Assembly: GCA_046582565.1 (NCBI GenBank)
Contig: JAYGED010000241.1
Location: 1,071-65,070, forward strand
Length of the DNA stretch: 64,000 nucleotides
Reading direction: 5' to 3'
Source of the DNA: Alphaproteobacteria bacterium
GTDB lineage: Bacteria; Pseudomonadota; Alphaproteobacteria; JAAXGF01
Shown here: piece after piece, positions 9,797-19,468 of the stretch
How positions within the stretch are numbered: the first letter of the stretch is position 1
Layout of the letters: every line of letters starts with the position of its first letter
Position numbers and translations under genes: made by a program
Notes under the pieces: model-generated
Databases searched by the model: none
What the model was told of the DNA's origin: nothing
What the model saw: the letters and a program-made list of their open reading frames with translations, nothing else

Positions 9797-11389
9797 ATGA
9801 AAAAGAAGGACGTGTTGTGTCGGGAGTTCTTGCGCGGCAAGGTGTCGCGCCGTGATTTCAATGTCGGATTGTTGAATATGGGCCTGAGCGTGGCCGCCGC
9901 CGGCGCGCTGGTCAGCCAGACCATCGCCGAGTCTCAGGCCGCGACGCCTAAACGTGGTGGTCGCCTGCGCTTCGCTTCGGCGAGTTCGGGGCCCTCCGGC
10001 ACCATCGATCCGGCCAAGGTGACGAGCGGCGTGGACATCACCCGCGGCGTTTTACTCTACGACCGTTTCGTCGACCGCGACGTCGATGGCAATTTGGTGC
10101 CGGTATTGGCCGATTCGTGGGAAACCAACGATGCGGTCGATGAATGGGTCATTCATTTGCGCCAGGGCGTCGAGTTCCACAACGGCAAGACCATGACTTC
10201 CGCCGATGTCGTCTATTCGCTTCAGCGCGTCCTGGACCCGGATACGGGATCGCCGGCCCAGCCGCTGATCAGCGATATCGCCGAAGTTTCGGCGGATGGC
10301 AAATACACGGTGAGGCTGAAGCTCAGCCAGCCCAACGCCGACCTCATGTACGCCCTCAACGAGTATCACGTGGCGATCGTGCCCGAAGGTCAGGACGATT
10401 ACACGGGCACGCCCGCCGGTACCGGACCGTGGAAGGTGAAAACCTACGAGCCGGGCATCGGCTCGTTGTTTGTGCGCAACGAAAACTACTTCATCACCGA
10501 CCGGCCCTACATCGACGAGATCGAGATCTTCGGTATTCCCGATTCCACCGCGCGCATCAACGCCCTGCTGTCGGGCGAGACCGATATCATCGCCGGCGTG
10601 GACCCGCAGCTCATCGACCTGATCAACGATGCTCCTGATTCGGAGTTACTGACCATCGCCGGTTCGGCCCATCCAACCTATCCGATGCGGGCCGATATGG
10701 AGCCCTATTCCAACAACGACGTTCGCCTGGCGATCAAGAGTTCGATCGACCGCCAGAAGTTCGTCGACCTGGCGTTCAATGGCTTGGCCTCACCGGGCCG
10801 CGACCATCCGGTGCCGCAGCACGATCCCATGCATTGCGATGAAATTCCGATTCCGCAGTTCGACCCGGACAAGGCAAAGTTCCATCTCAAGAAGGCCGGG
10901 CACGAGAACACGGTGTTCGAGATCAGCGGCTCGGACGCCAACTTCGGCGGCCTCAACGCCACCCTGATTCTCGCCGACATGGCCAACGACGCGGGCGTCA
11001 ACGTCAAGGTCAAGCGGGTGCCGACCGACGGCTACTGGAGCGACGTGTGGCTGAAGGCGCCGTGGTGCGGCTCGTCCTGGTACGGCCGGCCGACGGCGGC
11101 GTTGGTCATGGGAATCACCCATTTCGCGGATGCGAAGTGGAACGAGAGCCACTGGTATCGCGAGGATTTCGATGCGTTGTTGGTCGAGTCCAACCGCACG
11201 GCCGATCCGGTCAAGCGCAAGGAGATCCTGTGCGAGGCCCAGTGGATGATCCACAACGAAGGCTCGACCGTGATTCCGGTCTTCAGCAACTGGATCGACG
11301 CCAACAGCACCCGCGTCAAGGACCTGGTGCCCCATCCCGACGGCTTCACGGGCTGGATGCAATGGGACAGCGTCTGGCTCGACAGCTAG
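9797..11389 (+). CDS. ABC transporter substrate-binding protein, family 5 (peptide/opine/nickel), with twin-arginine signal
   Basis: SRRDFNVGLL Tat motif followed by hydrophobic stretch; SBP_bac_5 fold length (~530 aa); ATG 9797 with GGAG RBS. Confidence 0.8.
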   Translation: MKKKDVLCREFLRGKVSRRDFNVGLLNMGLSVAAAGALVSQTIAESQAATPKRGGRLRFASASSGPSGTIDPAKVTSGVDITRGVLLYDRFVDRDVDGNLVPVLADSWETNDAVDEWVIHLRQGVEFHNGKTMTSADVVYSLQRVLDPDTGSPAQPLISDIAEVSADGKYTVRLKLSQPNADLMYALNEYHVAIVPEGQDDYTGTPAGTGPWKVKTYEPGIGSLFVRNENYFITDRPYIDEIEIFGIPDSTARINALLSGETDIIAGVDPQLIDLINDAPDSELLTIAGSAHPTYPMRADMEPYSNNDVRLAIKSSIDRQKFVDLAFNGLASPGRDHPVPQHDPMHCDEIPIPQFDPDKAKFHLKKAGHENTVFEISGSDANFGGLNATLILADMANDAGVNVKVKRVPTDGYWSDVWLKAPWCGSSWYGRPTAALVMGITHFADAKWNESHWYREDFDALLVESNRTADPVKRKEILCEAQWMIHNEGSTVIPVFSNWIDANSTRVKDLVPHPDGFTGWMQWDSVWLDS

Positions 11390-11526
11390 ACGCTGACAAC
11401 AGCGCGCACGACCTGGGCCGGCCCTGCGACAACGGGGCCGGCCCTTTGCGTTTGGCGGGAGCACCGGTCTGTACGAGTGCAAGATTGGGCGATTGAACGA
11501 AGTTTTCTCCAGGAAAGGACACAGCC

Positions 11527-12777
11527 ATGACCGGTGTCGGTTTGACCACGGGACCGTTCGATGCCGCCGCCTTCGGCGAGATCACTCTGCCGTTTAGCCG
11601 TGACGAATATCTCGGCCGGATCGCCAAGCTGCGCGGCGCCATGCGCGACGAGGGCATCGACTTGCTGTGGGTGACCACGCCCGAGGCGGTGTGCTGGCTG
11701 CATGGCTTCGCCTCCAGTTGGTACAAGGGCAATGCGCCGATGCGTTATCCCCAGTGCTACGGCACGGCGATCTGGGCTCATGACGAGCGCTTCATCTACT
11801 TCGACAACCCGACAGAGGAGCCGGTGGTGGCGCGGACTTCGATCAGTGAGGACAACCGCTGGCTGCCCGACCGTGAGGCCGAACCCAATCTGCGCTTTAT
11901 CTTGGACGAGCTCGAGCGCGAGGGCTGGCTCGGCGGCACCGTCGGCATGGAATTCTGGAGCTACGTGCCCAACCGGGCCATCAGCACCATGTTCGAGGGT
12001 GGGTTCCTGTCTCATGGTGGTCGGGTGGTCGACGCCAGCGCCATGGTGCGCCGCGCCCGCCGGGTCAAGTCGACGCAAGAACTCGTCTATGTGGAAAAGG
12101 CCATGGAGATTTGCGACATCGGCCATCAGACAATTGTGGAAAACCTCAGGCCGGGCATCACCGAGCTTGAGCTGTTTGGCCAGGTCATGGCGGCGATGAT
12201 GGCGGCTGGCGGCGAGTTTCCGGCGCTGATCCCGATCTTCAATACCGCGCCGGTGGTTGACGGCCATCCCCAGTCGAACGGACACGCTCTGGCGGGGCGC
12301 AAGGTGATCGAGGCGGGCGAGTTGCTGACCACCGATCTGTGTGGTGTTTTCAACCGCTATCATGCCAACGCCGAACGGGGCTACTACGTGGGCGACAACC
12401 CGCCGGCGGCATTGGTCGAGCGCTATAGGCTGGCGGCCGGAGTGTTTGACGTCATCGCCAGCGATGTCAAAGCCGGTATGACCGTGCGCGAGGTTAACAC
12501 TCGGCTACGGCGCTATTACGAAGACGTCGGCATTTGGACTGAGAGCGAGGGCTGGGCGCTGGGCTACGAACTCGGCCTCAGCTTTCCGCCCGACTGGGTT
12601 GGCGATTTTTACTTCCACCTGGGCGACGACAAGTATCTCGACCGGGTATTCGAGGAGAATATGGTGACCAACTTCGAAAGCCTGTTCAACACCGCCCTGA
12701 TCGATACCCTGATCTACGGCAAGGACGGGACGCGAGTGTTGTCGAAAACGCCACGCAAACTGATCGCCGTAGGTTGA
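11527..12777 (+). CDS. M24-family metallopeptidase/amidohydrolase (creatinase/prolidase N-domain + M24 catalytic domain)
   Basis: 416 aa; creatinase-N-like N-terminus and pita-bread M24 domain with conserved metal-ligand region (HGxGxxxHE-type); paralog of 12826-14088. Confidence 0.7.
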   Translation: MTGVGLTTGPFDAAAFGEITLPFSRDEYLGRIAKLRGAMRDEGIDLLWVTTPEAVCWLHGFASSWYKGNAPMRYPQCYGTAIWAHDERFIYFDNPTEEPVVARTSISEDNRWLPDREAEPNLRFILDELEREGWLGGTVGMEFWSYVPNRAISTMFEGGFLSHGGRVVDASAMVRRARRVKSTQELVYVEKAMEICDIGHQTIVENLRPGITELELFGQVMAAMMAAGGEFPALIPIFNTAPVVDGHPQSNGHALAGRKVIEAGELLTTDLCGVFNRYHANAERGYYVGDNPPAALVERYRLAAGVFDVIASDVKAGMTVREVNTRLRRYYEDVGIWTESEGWALGYELGLSFPPDWVGDFYFHLGDDKYLDRVFEENMVTNFESLFNTALIDTLIYGKDGTRVLSKTPRKLIAVG

Positions 12778-12825
12778 AGCACGCGATCAGCGCCCTGATT
12801 GAGGTTCTGAGAGGAGCGCCCGTTC

Positions 12826-14088
12826 TCAGCCGACGCCCTGCAGCTCGAGCGGAGTCTTGGACAGGATCCGGGTGGCGTCCGGGCCGTAGACGCAGGTGTC
12901 GACCAGCCAGGTATTGAACATGCTTTCGAAGTTGGTCACCATATTCTCCTCGAACACGCGATCCAGCCCCTGCTCGTCACGGACGTGGAAGTAGAAATCG
13001 CCGACCCAGTCGGGCGGCAGACTGAGGCCGAGCTCGTAGCCCAGCCCCCAGCCCGGCTTGTCCCACAGGCCGACGTCCTCGTAGTAGCGGCGCAGGATGG
13101 CGATGACCTGGCGCACGGTCATGCCCGCCTTGACCTCGTTGGCGATGACGTCGAAAACACCGGCCGCGGTGCGGACGTTTTCCATCATTGCCTTGGGCGG
13201 GTCGCCGACCACGTATCCGCGCTGCACATTGGCGTGGTAGCGATAGTAAACCCCGGCGATGTCGATCTTCAGGAAATCGCCGCTTTCGATGACTTTGCGG
13301 CCCATCATGGCGTGGCCGGCGGCAATCGGCCGGCCGTCGCGGATCGGCGACGAGGTGAAACTGTGGACCAGGGCGGGAGACTCACCGCCCGCCGCCATCA
13401 TCGCCCGCAAGGTCTCGCCATAAAGCTCGAGCTCGGTCATGCCGGGCCGGGCCAGGTCGCGGACCGTCGCATGGCCGATATCGGCGATCTCGGCGGCCTT
13501 CTCGATGTGAGCGATCTCGGCCGGCGACTTGACCAGCCGGAGGCGGCGCACCAGGGCGCTGGCGTCGACCATCCGGCACCCTTCGGCGAGAAAGGCGCCT
13601 TCCAGCATGGTGCTGACCGCCCGGTTCGGCAGATAGCTCCAATGCTCGAGCCCGACAGTACCGCCGAGCCATCCCTTGGCCCTCAACTCGTCCATGATGA
13701 AGGCCAGGCAGGGGCCGGCGTCGCGCGACGGGAAGAAGCGGTTGTCGGTTGACACCGAGGTCTTGCCGAGCACCGGCAACTCGGTCGGGTTGTCGAAGTG
13801 AATGAAGTCGTCGGAATCGACGCGGATCGCCGTGCCGTAGAGTTGCGGATAGCGCATGGGGCTGCTGGCCTTGTACCAGCTCGCCACATAGCCATGGAGA
13901 TAGGCGACATGGTCCGGTGCCGTGACATACAGCAGGTCGATGTTGTGCGCCGCCATGCCTGCCCGCAGCCTGCGGATGCGCTCGAGGTACTCTTCGCGCG
14001 GGAAGGCGAGATCGCGGTACTCGGCGGGCCATTCCTCGACAGCGCCAGGCGTCAATCCGGTATAGGCCTCGGTATCTACGGTCGTCAT
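12826..14088 (-). CDS. M24-family metallopeptidase/amidohydrolase, convergent paralog of 11527-12777
   Basis: 420 aa, ~55-60% identical to neighbour over full length (e.g. VFEENMVTNFES, LSKTP..L..VG* shared C-terminus); GGGGGAGG RBS. Confidence 0.7.
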   Translation of the reverse strand: MTTVDTEAYTGLTPGAVEEWPAEYRDLAFPREEYLERIRRLRAGMAAHNIDLLYVTAPDHVAYLHGYVASWYKASSPMRYPQLYGTAIRVDSDDFIHFDNPTELPVLGKTSVSTDNRFFPSRDAGPCLAFIMDELRAKGWLGGTVGLEHWSYLPNRAVSTMLEGAFLAEGCRMVDASALVRRLRLVKSPAEIAHIEKAAEIADIGHATVRDLARPGMTELELYGETLRAMMAAGGESPALVHSFTSSPIRDGRPIAAGHAMMGRKVIESGDFLKIDIAGVYYRYHANVQRGYVVGDPPKAMMENVRTAAGVFDVIANEVKAGMTVRQVIAILRRYYEDVGLWDKPGWGLGYELGLSLPPDWVGDFYFHVRDEQGLDRVFEENMVTNFESMFNTWLVDTCVYGPDATRILSKTPLELQGVG

Positions 14089-14198
14089 GTCGAAATGCCT
14101 CCCCCTTGGTCCACGCCACCTTGGCGCTTCGCGCGCCAGCGAAGGCGAGCACTATAGCACCGGGTTTTTCTAGCGAACGGAGCTGATCGGGCACTGCC

Positions 14199-15152
14199 CT
14201 AGAGGAGCTTGCCGATCTTGTTCCAGGCCTGGGCAATGGCGACAAGGCCCGCATCGCGTTCCTCTGACAAGGCCGAGAACGAGCGACCATCCGCCATATC
14301 ATCGCTACTCTTAATCAACTCGGCGCGGAGTTCCTCGGTCAATTCCGGGGCCTTAAGCCGGGTCCATGGAAATTTGAGGGCGGGGCCGAACTGATCGAGA
14401 CAGTAGGCCATGCCGCCTTCGCCGCCGCCTATATGGTAGGTCATGCACGGCCCGGCGAAGGCCCACCGGGGCCCAGGCCCGTTGACCATGGCGATATCGA
14501 TCTGTTCAGGCGTCGCTTCTCCGTTGTCGATCATGTGGAGCGCCTCGCGCCAGACCGCTTCCTGAAGGCGGGTGGCGACAAAGCCCGGCACCTCCTTGTC
14601 CATGATCAGCGGCGCCTTGCCGGTCAGGCGGTAGAAATCAGCGGCCCATTCGAGCGCCGCCCTCTCGGTCTTTGCGCCGCCGACCATTTCGACCAGCGGC
14701 AGTAAATAGGGCGGGTTGAACGGATGTGCCACGATTGTTCGCCCAGGCGTCGAACAATCTTTCTGTATGTCCGTCATGGAGAGGCCGGATGTACTCGACG
14801 CGATGACGACGTCATCGGGAACCAGCCGGCCCAGCTTCTCGTAGAGCGCCTGCTTTAGCGCGAGGTCCTCCGGTACGCACTCCTGGACGAATTCAGCATC
14901 GCGGACCGCCTCTTCCAAATCGCTGGTGCAGCGCAACCGGTCCAGCCCGGCGCCCTCGGCCAGCCCGATCTTTGACAGACATTGCCAAGCCGTATCGAGC
15001 AGGCTCATTAATTGCGCTTCTTCCGCCGGGTCATGGAGATAACAGGTCACGTCATAGCCCTTGGCGAGAAAATGCGCCGACCAGCCGCCGCCGATTGGAC
15101 CCGCGCCAATCGTTGTCACCTGGCGCACCTCATGAATGATCTTGCGTGCCAT
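14199..15152 (-). CDS. 3-hydroxyacyl-CoA dehydrogenase family protein, L-carnitine dehydrogenase-like (NAD+)
   Basis: N-terminal GAGPIGGGWSAHFLAKGYDV Rossmann motif and C-terminal QFGPALKFPWTRLKAPELT...GRS segment resemble stand-alone LcdH-type enzymes rather than FadB-type; 317 aa. Confidence 0.6.
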   Translation of the reverse strand: MARKIIHEVRQVTTIGAGPIGGGWSAHFLAKGYDVTCYLHDPAEEAQLMSLLDTAWQCLSKIGLAEGAGLDRLRCTSDLEEAVRDAEFVQECVPEDLALKQALYEKLGRLVPDDVVIASSTSGLSMTDIQKDCSTPGRTIVAHPFNPPYLLPLVEMVGGAKTERAALEWAADFYRLTGKAPLIMDKEVPGFVATRLQEAVWREALHMIDNGEATPEQIDIAMVNGPGPRWAFAGPCMTYHIGGGEGGMAYCLDQFGPALKFPWTRLKAPELTEELRAELIKSSDDMADGRSFSALSEERDAGLVAIAQAWNKIGKLL

Positions 15153-15168
15153 TGTTGTCTTTCTCCCG

Positions 15169-15981
15169 TTACCGGCCTTTGAAATTTGCCGGACGTTTTT
15201 CCATGAACGCGCGGACGCCTTCCACCGCGTCTTCGGATTTCAGCATCTTGCGATAAATTGGCAGATCGCCTGTGCGCATCTCGTGGAACGCGCCCTCGAG
15301 GCTGATTGCCTCAATGGTGCGCAACACTTCCTTGACGGTCTGCACGGCGAGAGGCGCCGATTGAGCCAGCTGATCCGCCCATTCCCTCGCCTTTTCCATA
15401 AGCTTATCGGCGGGCACGATCACATTCACCAAACCATAGTGGGCGGCCTCCTCTGCCGTCATGCGCCGGCCCAGAAACAGCATCTCCACGGCGATGTTAT
15501 AGGGAATACGGCGGGGCAGCCTTTGCAGCGCCCCCGCATCGGGCACGATGCCGAGCGGCATTTCCGGCAGGGCGAATTCGACATGCTCGGCGGCGACGAT
15601 GAGGTCGCAGGCCATGGCGATCTCAAATCCCCCGCCGATGGTCAAGCCGTTCAGTGCTGCAATAACCGGTTTGTTCAGAACCCAGTTTTCGGTCAATCCG
15701 GCAAAGCCGCCGAAAATATTTTCCTCGCCTTCCCACCAGTCATCCAATTGTTGATCGCCGCTGTCCAGCGCCTTCAAATCCCAGCCCGCCGAAAAGACTC
15801 GATCCCCCGCGCCGGTGATGATCCCGACCCGAAGATCGTTATCTTCATGGAGGAGACGGAACGCCTCCCCCAGCTTGGCGCTGGTGGCGTTATCGATGGC
15901 GTTCACCTTCGGCCGGTCGATGGTGATCTCAAGAACCCGGCCGCGCTTTTCGATTTTTATGTCTTCGTGCGCTTGCGTCAT
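15169..15981 (-). CDS. enoyl-CoA hydratase/isomerase family, CaiD-like (carnitinyl-CoA dehydratase/crotonobetainyl-CoA hydratase-like)
   Basis: Strong collinear similarity to E. coli CaiD: LEITIDRPKVNAID, LRVGIITGAGDRVFSAGWDLKA, GGFAGLTE, KPVIAALNG, GGGFEIA, FALPE..LGIVPD, SEDAVEGVRAFMEKR, C-terminal FKGR. Confidence 0.75.
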   Translation of the reverse strand: MTQAHEDIKIEKRGRVLEITIDRPKVNAIDNATSAKLGEAFRLLHEDNDLRVGIITGAGDRVFSAGWDLKALDSGDQQLDDWWEGEENIFGGFAGLTENWVLNKPVIAALNGLTIGGGFEIAMACDLIVAAEHVEFALPEMPLGIVPDAGALQRLPRRIPYNIAVEMLFLGRRMTAEEAAHYGLVNVIVPADKLMEKAREWADQLAQSAPLAVQTVKEVLRTIEAISLEGAFHEMRTGDLPIYRKMLKSEDAVEGVRAFMEKRPANFKGR

Positions 15982-16055
15982 GGCTATCTCTCTATGTTCA
16001 TACTGCGAATGCCCTCAGATGGGTATAATACGCATGAACGTGAAAAGCATGAGGC

Positions 16056-17222
16056 ATGGCGATGGATTATCAGTTGACCGAAGAACAACGAATGCTCGTC
16101 GACTCTCTCAGCACCTTCATCGAGCAGGAGCTTCTCCCCTATGAGGACGAGACCGACAAGGCCGGCGAAGTCCCGCCCGAGCTCGGGGAGCGGATCAAGT
16201 CCAAGGCCATCGAGATGGGTTTCTTTGCAGCAAACATGCCGGAGACCGTCGGCGGCGGCGGTCTCGATTATACCAGCCTGGCGCTGATGGAGAGGGAATT
16301 CGGCAAGACCACCTATGGCCTGCACGGCTTCGTTCATCGGCCTTCAGAAATCCTCATGGCTTGTGAAGGCGAGCAGGTCGAGCGTTACCTGCTGCCCTGC
16401 GTGCGCGGCGAGAAGATGGAATTCTTCGCCCTGACCGAGCCCGGTGCCGGTTCGGACATCATGTCGATGCAGACGCGGGCGGTGCGTGACGGCGGCGATT
16501 GGATTATCAACGGCTCGAAGCATTTCATATCGGCGCCCGTGGTGGCTGATTTTGCCATTCTGTTTGCCTGCACAGGCGTGGACGATACGCCGAGGGGAGA
16601 GCGCAAGCGCGTCACCGCCTTTCTGGTGGATGCGGGAGAGCCCGGCTTCACCATCGAGCGTGGCCCGCGCTCCGCAGCACAACGAGCCTATCCCACATTC
16701 CAGCTTTCGTTTGACGGCCTGCGCGTGCCGGACAGCCAAATTCTCGGCACGGAAGGCGCCGGCCTGGAACTGGCTGACAAATGGCTGCGCATGGGCCGGC
16801 TCTGGGTCGCCGCCGCTTGCTGCGGCAGGGCCGAGCGGTTGCTGCGCCTGGCGACCGAATGGGCGGCCAGCCGCAAGCAATTCGGCAAGCCCATAGGCAG
16901 GTTCCAGGGAACCGCCTTTAAGCTCGCCGACATGGCGACCGAATTGCGCGCCGCCGATCTGCTGGTGCTCGACGCCGCCCGCAAGGCGGATCTGGGCATC
17001 ATGGAGCCTAACGATGTCGCCATGGCCAAATTGTTCGCCTCGGAAATGGTCGGGCGGGTTGCCGATAATGCGGTGCAAATCTATGGCGGCATGGGCCTCA
17101 TGGAGGACCTGCCTATCGAGCGCTTGTGGCGCGATTCGCGCCTCGACCGCATCTGGGACGGCACCTCCGAGATCCAACGCCATATTATTTCGCGCTCCTT
17201 GTTGCGGCCGCTCGGCGCCTGA
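16056..17222 (+). CDS. acyl-CoA dehydrogenase
   Basis: ACAD N/M/C domains, FALTEPGAGSD motif, catalytic-base region near C-terminus. Confidence 0.85.
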   Translation: MAMDYQLTEEQRMLVDSLSTFIEQELLPYEDETDKAGEVPPELGERIKSKAIEMGFFAANMPETVGGGGLDYTSLALMEREFGKTTYGLHGFVHRPSEILMACEGEQVERYLLPCVRGEKMEFFALTEPGAGSDIMSMQTRAVRDGGDWIINGSKHFISAPVVADFAILFACTGVDDTPRGERKRVTAFLVDAGEPGFTIERGPRSAAQRAYPTFQLSFDGLRVPDSQILGTEGAGLELADKWLRMGRLWVAAACCGRAERLLRLATEWAASRKQFGKPIGRFQGTAFKLADMATELRAADLLVLDAARKADLGIMEPNDVAMAKLFASEMVGRVADNAVQIYGGMGLMEDLPIERLWRDSRLDRIWDGTSEIQRHIISRSLLRPLGA

Positions 17223-17230
17223 TTACGGCC

Positions 17231-19324
17231 ATGACCCCAGGGCAGCGCGAAAATCTCAAACGGTTGCTTGCACCGCGGCATGCGGCCTTCATCGGCGGCG
17301 ACAGCGCCGCCGCGGCCATAGCGCAATGTGTCGCGGGCGGCTTTGCGGGGGAAATCTGGGGGGTCAACCCGCGCCGTAATGAGCTCGGCGGACGTCCTTG
17401 TTATGGGCGCGTTGAAGATCTGCCACAGGCCCCGGATGCGGTGTTCCTCGCCGTACCGGTTGACGGCGCCATCGATACGGTCGCAGCGCTCGCCGCGATC
17501 GGCGCCGGCGGTATCGTCGGTTATACGGCGGGTTTCAGCGAGACCGGCGCCGAGGGTGCGAGCCTGGAGGAACGGCTGGTCGCGGCGGCCGGCGACATGG
17601 CCCTGATCGGCCCGAACTGTTCGGGCATTCTGAGTTACGCCCACAAGGCCGCCCTGTGGCCTTTCGACCATTCGGGGCATGGAGACGGCCGCGGTGTCGC
17701 CTTCATCACGCAAAGCGGCATGCTCGGCAATACGCTGACCATGAACCAGCGGTCGGTTCCACTCGCCTATGTCATCAGTTCCGGCAATCAGGCCATGTTG
17801 GGCGTCGAGGATGTTCTCGACGTTCTGATCGAAGACCCCAAAGTCAGCGCGGTCGGGCTCTATATCGAGGGCCTGCGGGATATACCCCGATTTGCCGATG
17901 TCGCCGCGCGTGCCCTTGAGCGTAACATTCCGATTGTCGCCTTCAAGGCCGGGAGTTCACAAATCGGATCGCAGCTGACGGTTACCCATACCGGTTCGCT
18001 CTCGGGCGATGACGAGCTATATAGCGCGTTGTTTGCGCGCAGCGGCGTTGTCCGGGTGGACTCTCCCGTTGTCATGCTGGAGACGTTGAAAATGATCACG
18101 GTGGCCGGCGCGCCGAAAGGACGGCGACTCGCTGCGCTCACCTGCTCCGGCGGCGATTCGGCGATGGTCGCCGATGCCGCCGAGAAGCTTGGCCTGATCC
18201 TTGCGCAACCGACGCCCGAGGTGGCGCGGAAGCTGGAAACCTTGCTGCCGTCGATTGCCACCGTGGCTAACCCACTGGACTACACGACACCTTTGTGGGG
18301 ACATGAGGATGCGGTGACGCAAACAATAGCGGCGTTGCTCGAAGACGGGTTCGATGCCGCGCTCATGGTGCAGGATTATCCTATTCATAATCCGGGACCG
18401 AGCTACGATCCCTATCTTGCCGATGCGCGGGCCTTCACCAAGGCGAGCAAGGCGGCAATGATCCCCGCGGCCATCTGCAGTGTGTTGCCCGACAATATCG
18501 ATCCCCAGACCCGCGCTACGATGATCGAGAACGGCATTGCCCCCTTGCAAGGCGTCAACGAGGCGCTTGCCGCCATCGCCGGCGCAGCCGTGTTCGGTGA
18601 GCGCCGGACCGGGCGAGCCGGCGAAGAAACACTGCGGCTTGCCCCGCTGCCGAAGCCTATCGATAAATCCCGCACGCTGGATGAATGGCAGGGAAAACGT
18701 CTGCTGGCCGAGGCCGGGATAACCGTTCCCAACGGGCGATTGACAACCGCTGCCGAGGCGCCTGACGCGGCGCAAGAACTCGGCTTTCCCGTCGCGGTCA
18801 AACTGGTCAGCGCGGCGTTGCCGCACAAGACAGAAGCCGGCGCGCTTCGCCTTGGCGTGACGGATAGCGCAGGCGTTGCGGCGGCCTGCGCCGACATTCA
18901 AAACTCGGTTCGTGATTTCTCGCCGGAGGCTGCCACCGACAGCTTTCTCGTGGAATGCATGGTCGAAGACCCGGTGGCCGAGATCATCGTCGGCATCAGC
19001 CGAAACGACCAGTTCGGCCTGGTCATGGTGCTGGGCAGCGGCGGCGTGTTGGTGGAGCTGGTACGGGATGCCAAATCCCTGTTGTTTCCCATCAGCCGCG
19101 ACGAGGTTTCCACCAGCCTTGATGGCTTGCGGGTCTCGGCGCTGATAGCGGGTTATCGAGGCCGCCCGCCTGGCGACCGGGAGGCCTGCATCGATGCAAT
19201 ACTGCAGATTGCCCACTTCGCTGAAAGCAACCGCGATGTGCTCGCCGGGCTCGACGTCAATCCGCTGATGGTATTGCCCTCTGAAGCCGTCGCTGCGGAT
19301 GTCTTGTTGCAGATGTCGGTGTGA
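17231..19324 (+). CDS. acyl-CoA synthetase (NDP/ADP-forming), fused alpha/beta subunits (CoA-binding + succinyl-CoA-ligase-like + ATP-grasp)
   Basis: CoA_binding N-term (AFIGGD...VNPRR), conserved phospho-His loop region, C-terminal ATP-grasp; ATG 17231 eight nt after ACAD stop. Confidence 0.75.
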   Translation: MTPGQRENLKRLLAPRHAAFIGGDSAAAAIAQCVAGGFAGEIWGVNPRRNELGGRPCYGRVEDLPQAPDAVFLAVPVDGAIDTVAALAAIGAGGIVGYTAGFSETGAEGASLEERLVAAAGDMALIGPNCSGILSYAHKAALWPFDHSGHGDGRGVAFITQSGMLGNTLTMNQRSVPLAYVISSGNQAMLGVEDVLDVLIEDPKVSAVGLYIEGLRDIPRFADVAARALERNIPIVAFKAGSSQIGSQLTVTHTGSLSGDDELYSALFARSGVVRVDSPVVMLETLKMITVAGAPKGRRLAALTCSGGDSAMVADAAEKLGLILAQPTPEVARKLETLLPSIATVANPLDYTTPLWGHEDAVTQTIAALLEDGFDAALMVQDYPIHNPGPSYDPYLADARAFTKASKAAMIPAAICSVLPDNIDPQTRATMIENGIAPLQGVNEALAAIAGAAVFGERRTGRAGEETLRLAPLPKPIDKSRTLDEWQGKRLLAEAGITVPNGRLTTAAEAPDAAQELGFPVAVKLVSAALPHKTEAGALRLGVTDSAGVAAACADIQNSVRDFSPEAATDSFLVECMVEDPVAEIIVGISRNDQFGLVMVLGSGGVLVELVRDAKSLLFPISRDEVSTSLDGLRVSALIAGYRGRPPGDREACIDAILQIAHFAESNRDVLAGLDVNPLMVLPSEAVAADVLLQMSV

Positions 19325-19468
19325 GGCCGGCAATCGGGTTCTTTGAAGAACGGAATCAGCAAGAATTACAGAGTAACATGCCGTAGCAGCCCGAAGCTAG
19401 AAACGGCCGAGTCTTCTAGTAATCAACTGATATATAATAATAAATAGTATTAAATCGTAGAAGGGAGT

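Noticed and set aside
17126-17230. Upstream alternative start of acyl-CoA synthetase overlapping ACAD 3' end
   Set aside because: Would overlap ACAD by ~100 nt in another frame; ATG 17231 directly after the ACAD stop gives the conserved CoA-binding N-terminus.
18017-19333. 438-aa minus-strand ORF
   Set aside because: Antisense to the acyl-CoA synthetase gene.
19325-19468. Search for an integrase or att core between acyl-CoA synthetase and tRNA-Arg
   Set aside because: Only 144 bp of AT-rich noncoding DNA; no ORF and no recognisable recombinase. The island hypothesis therefore rests on the tRNA repeat alone.
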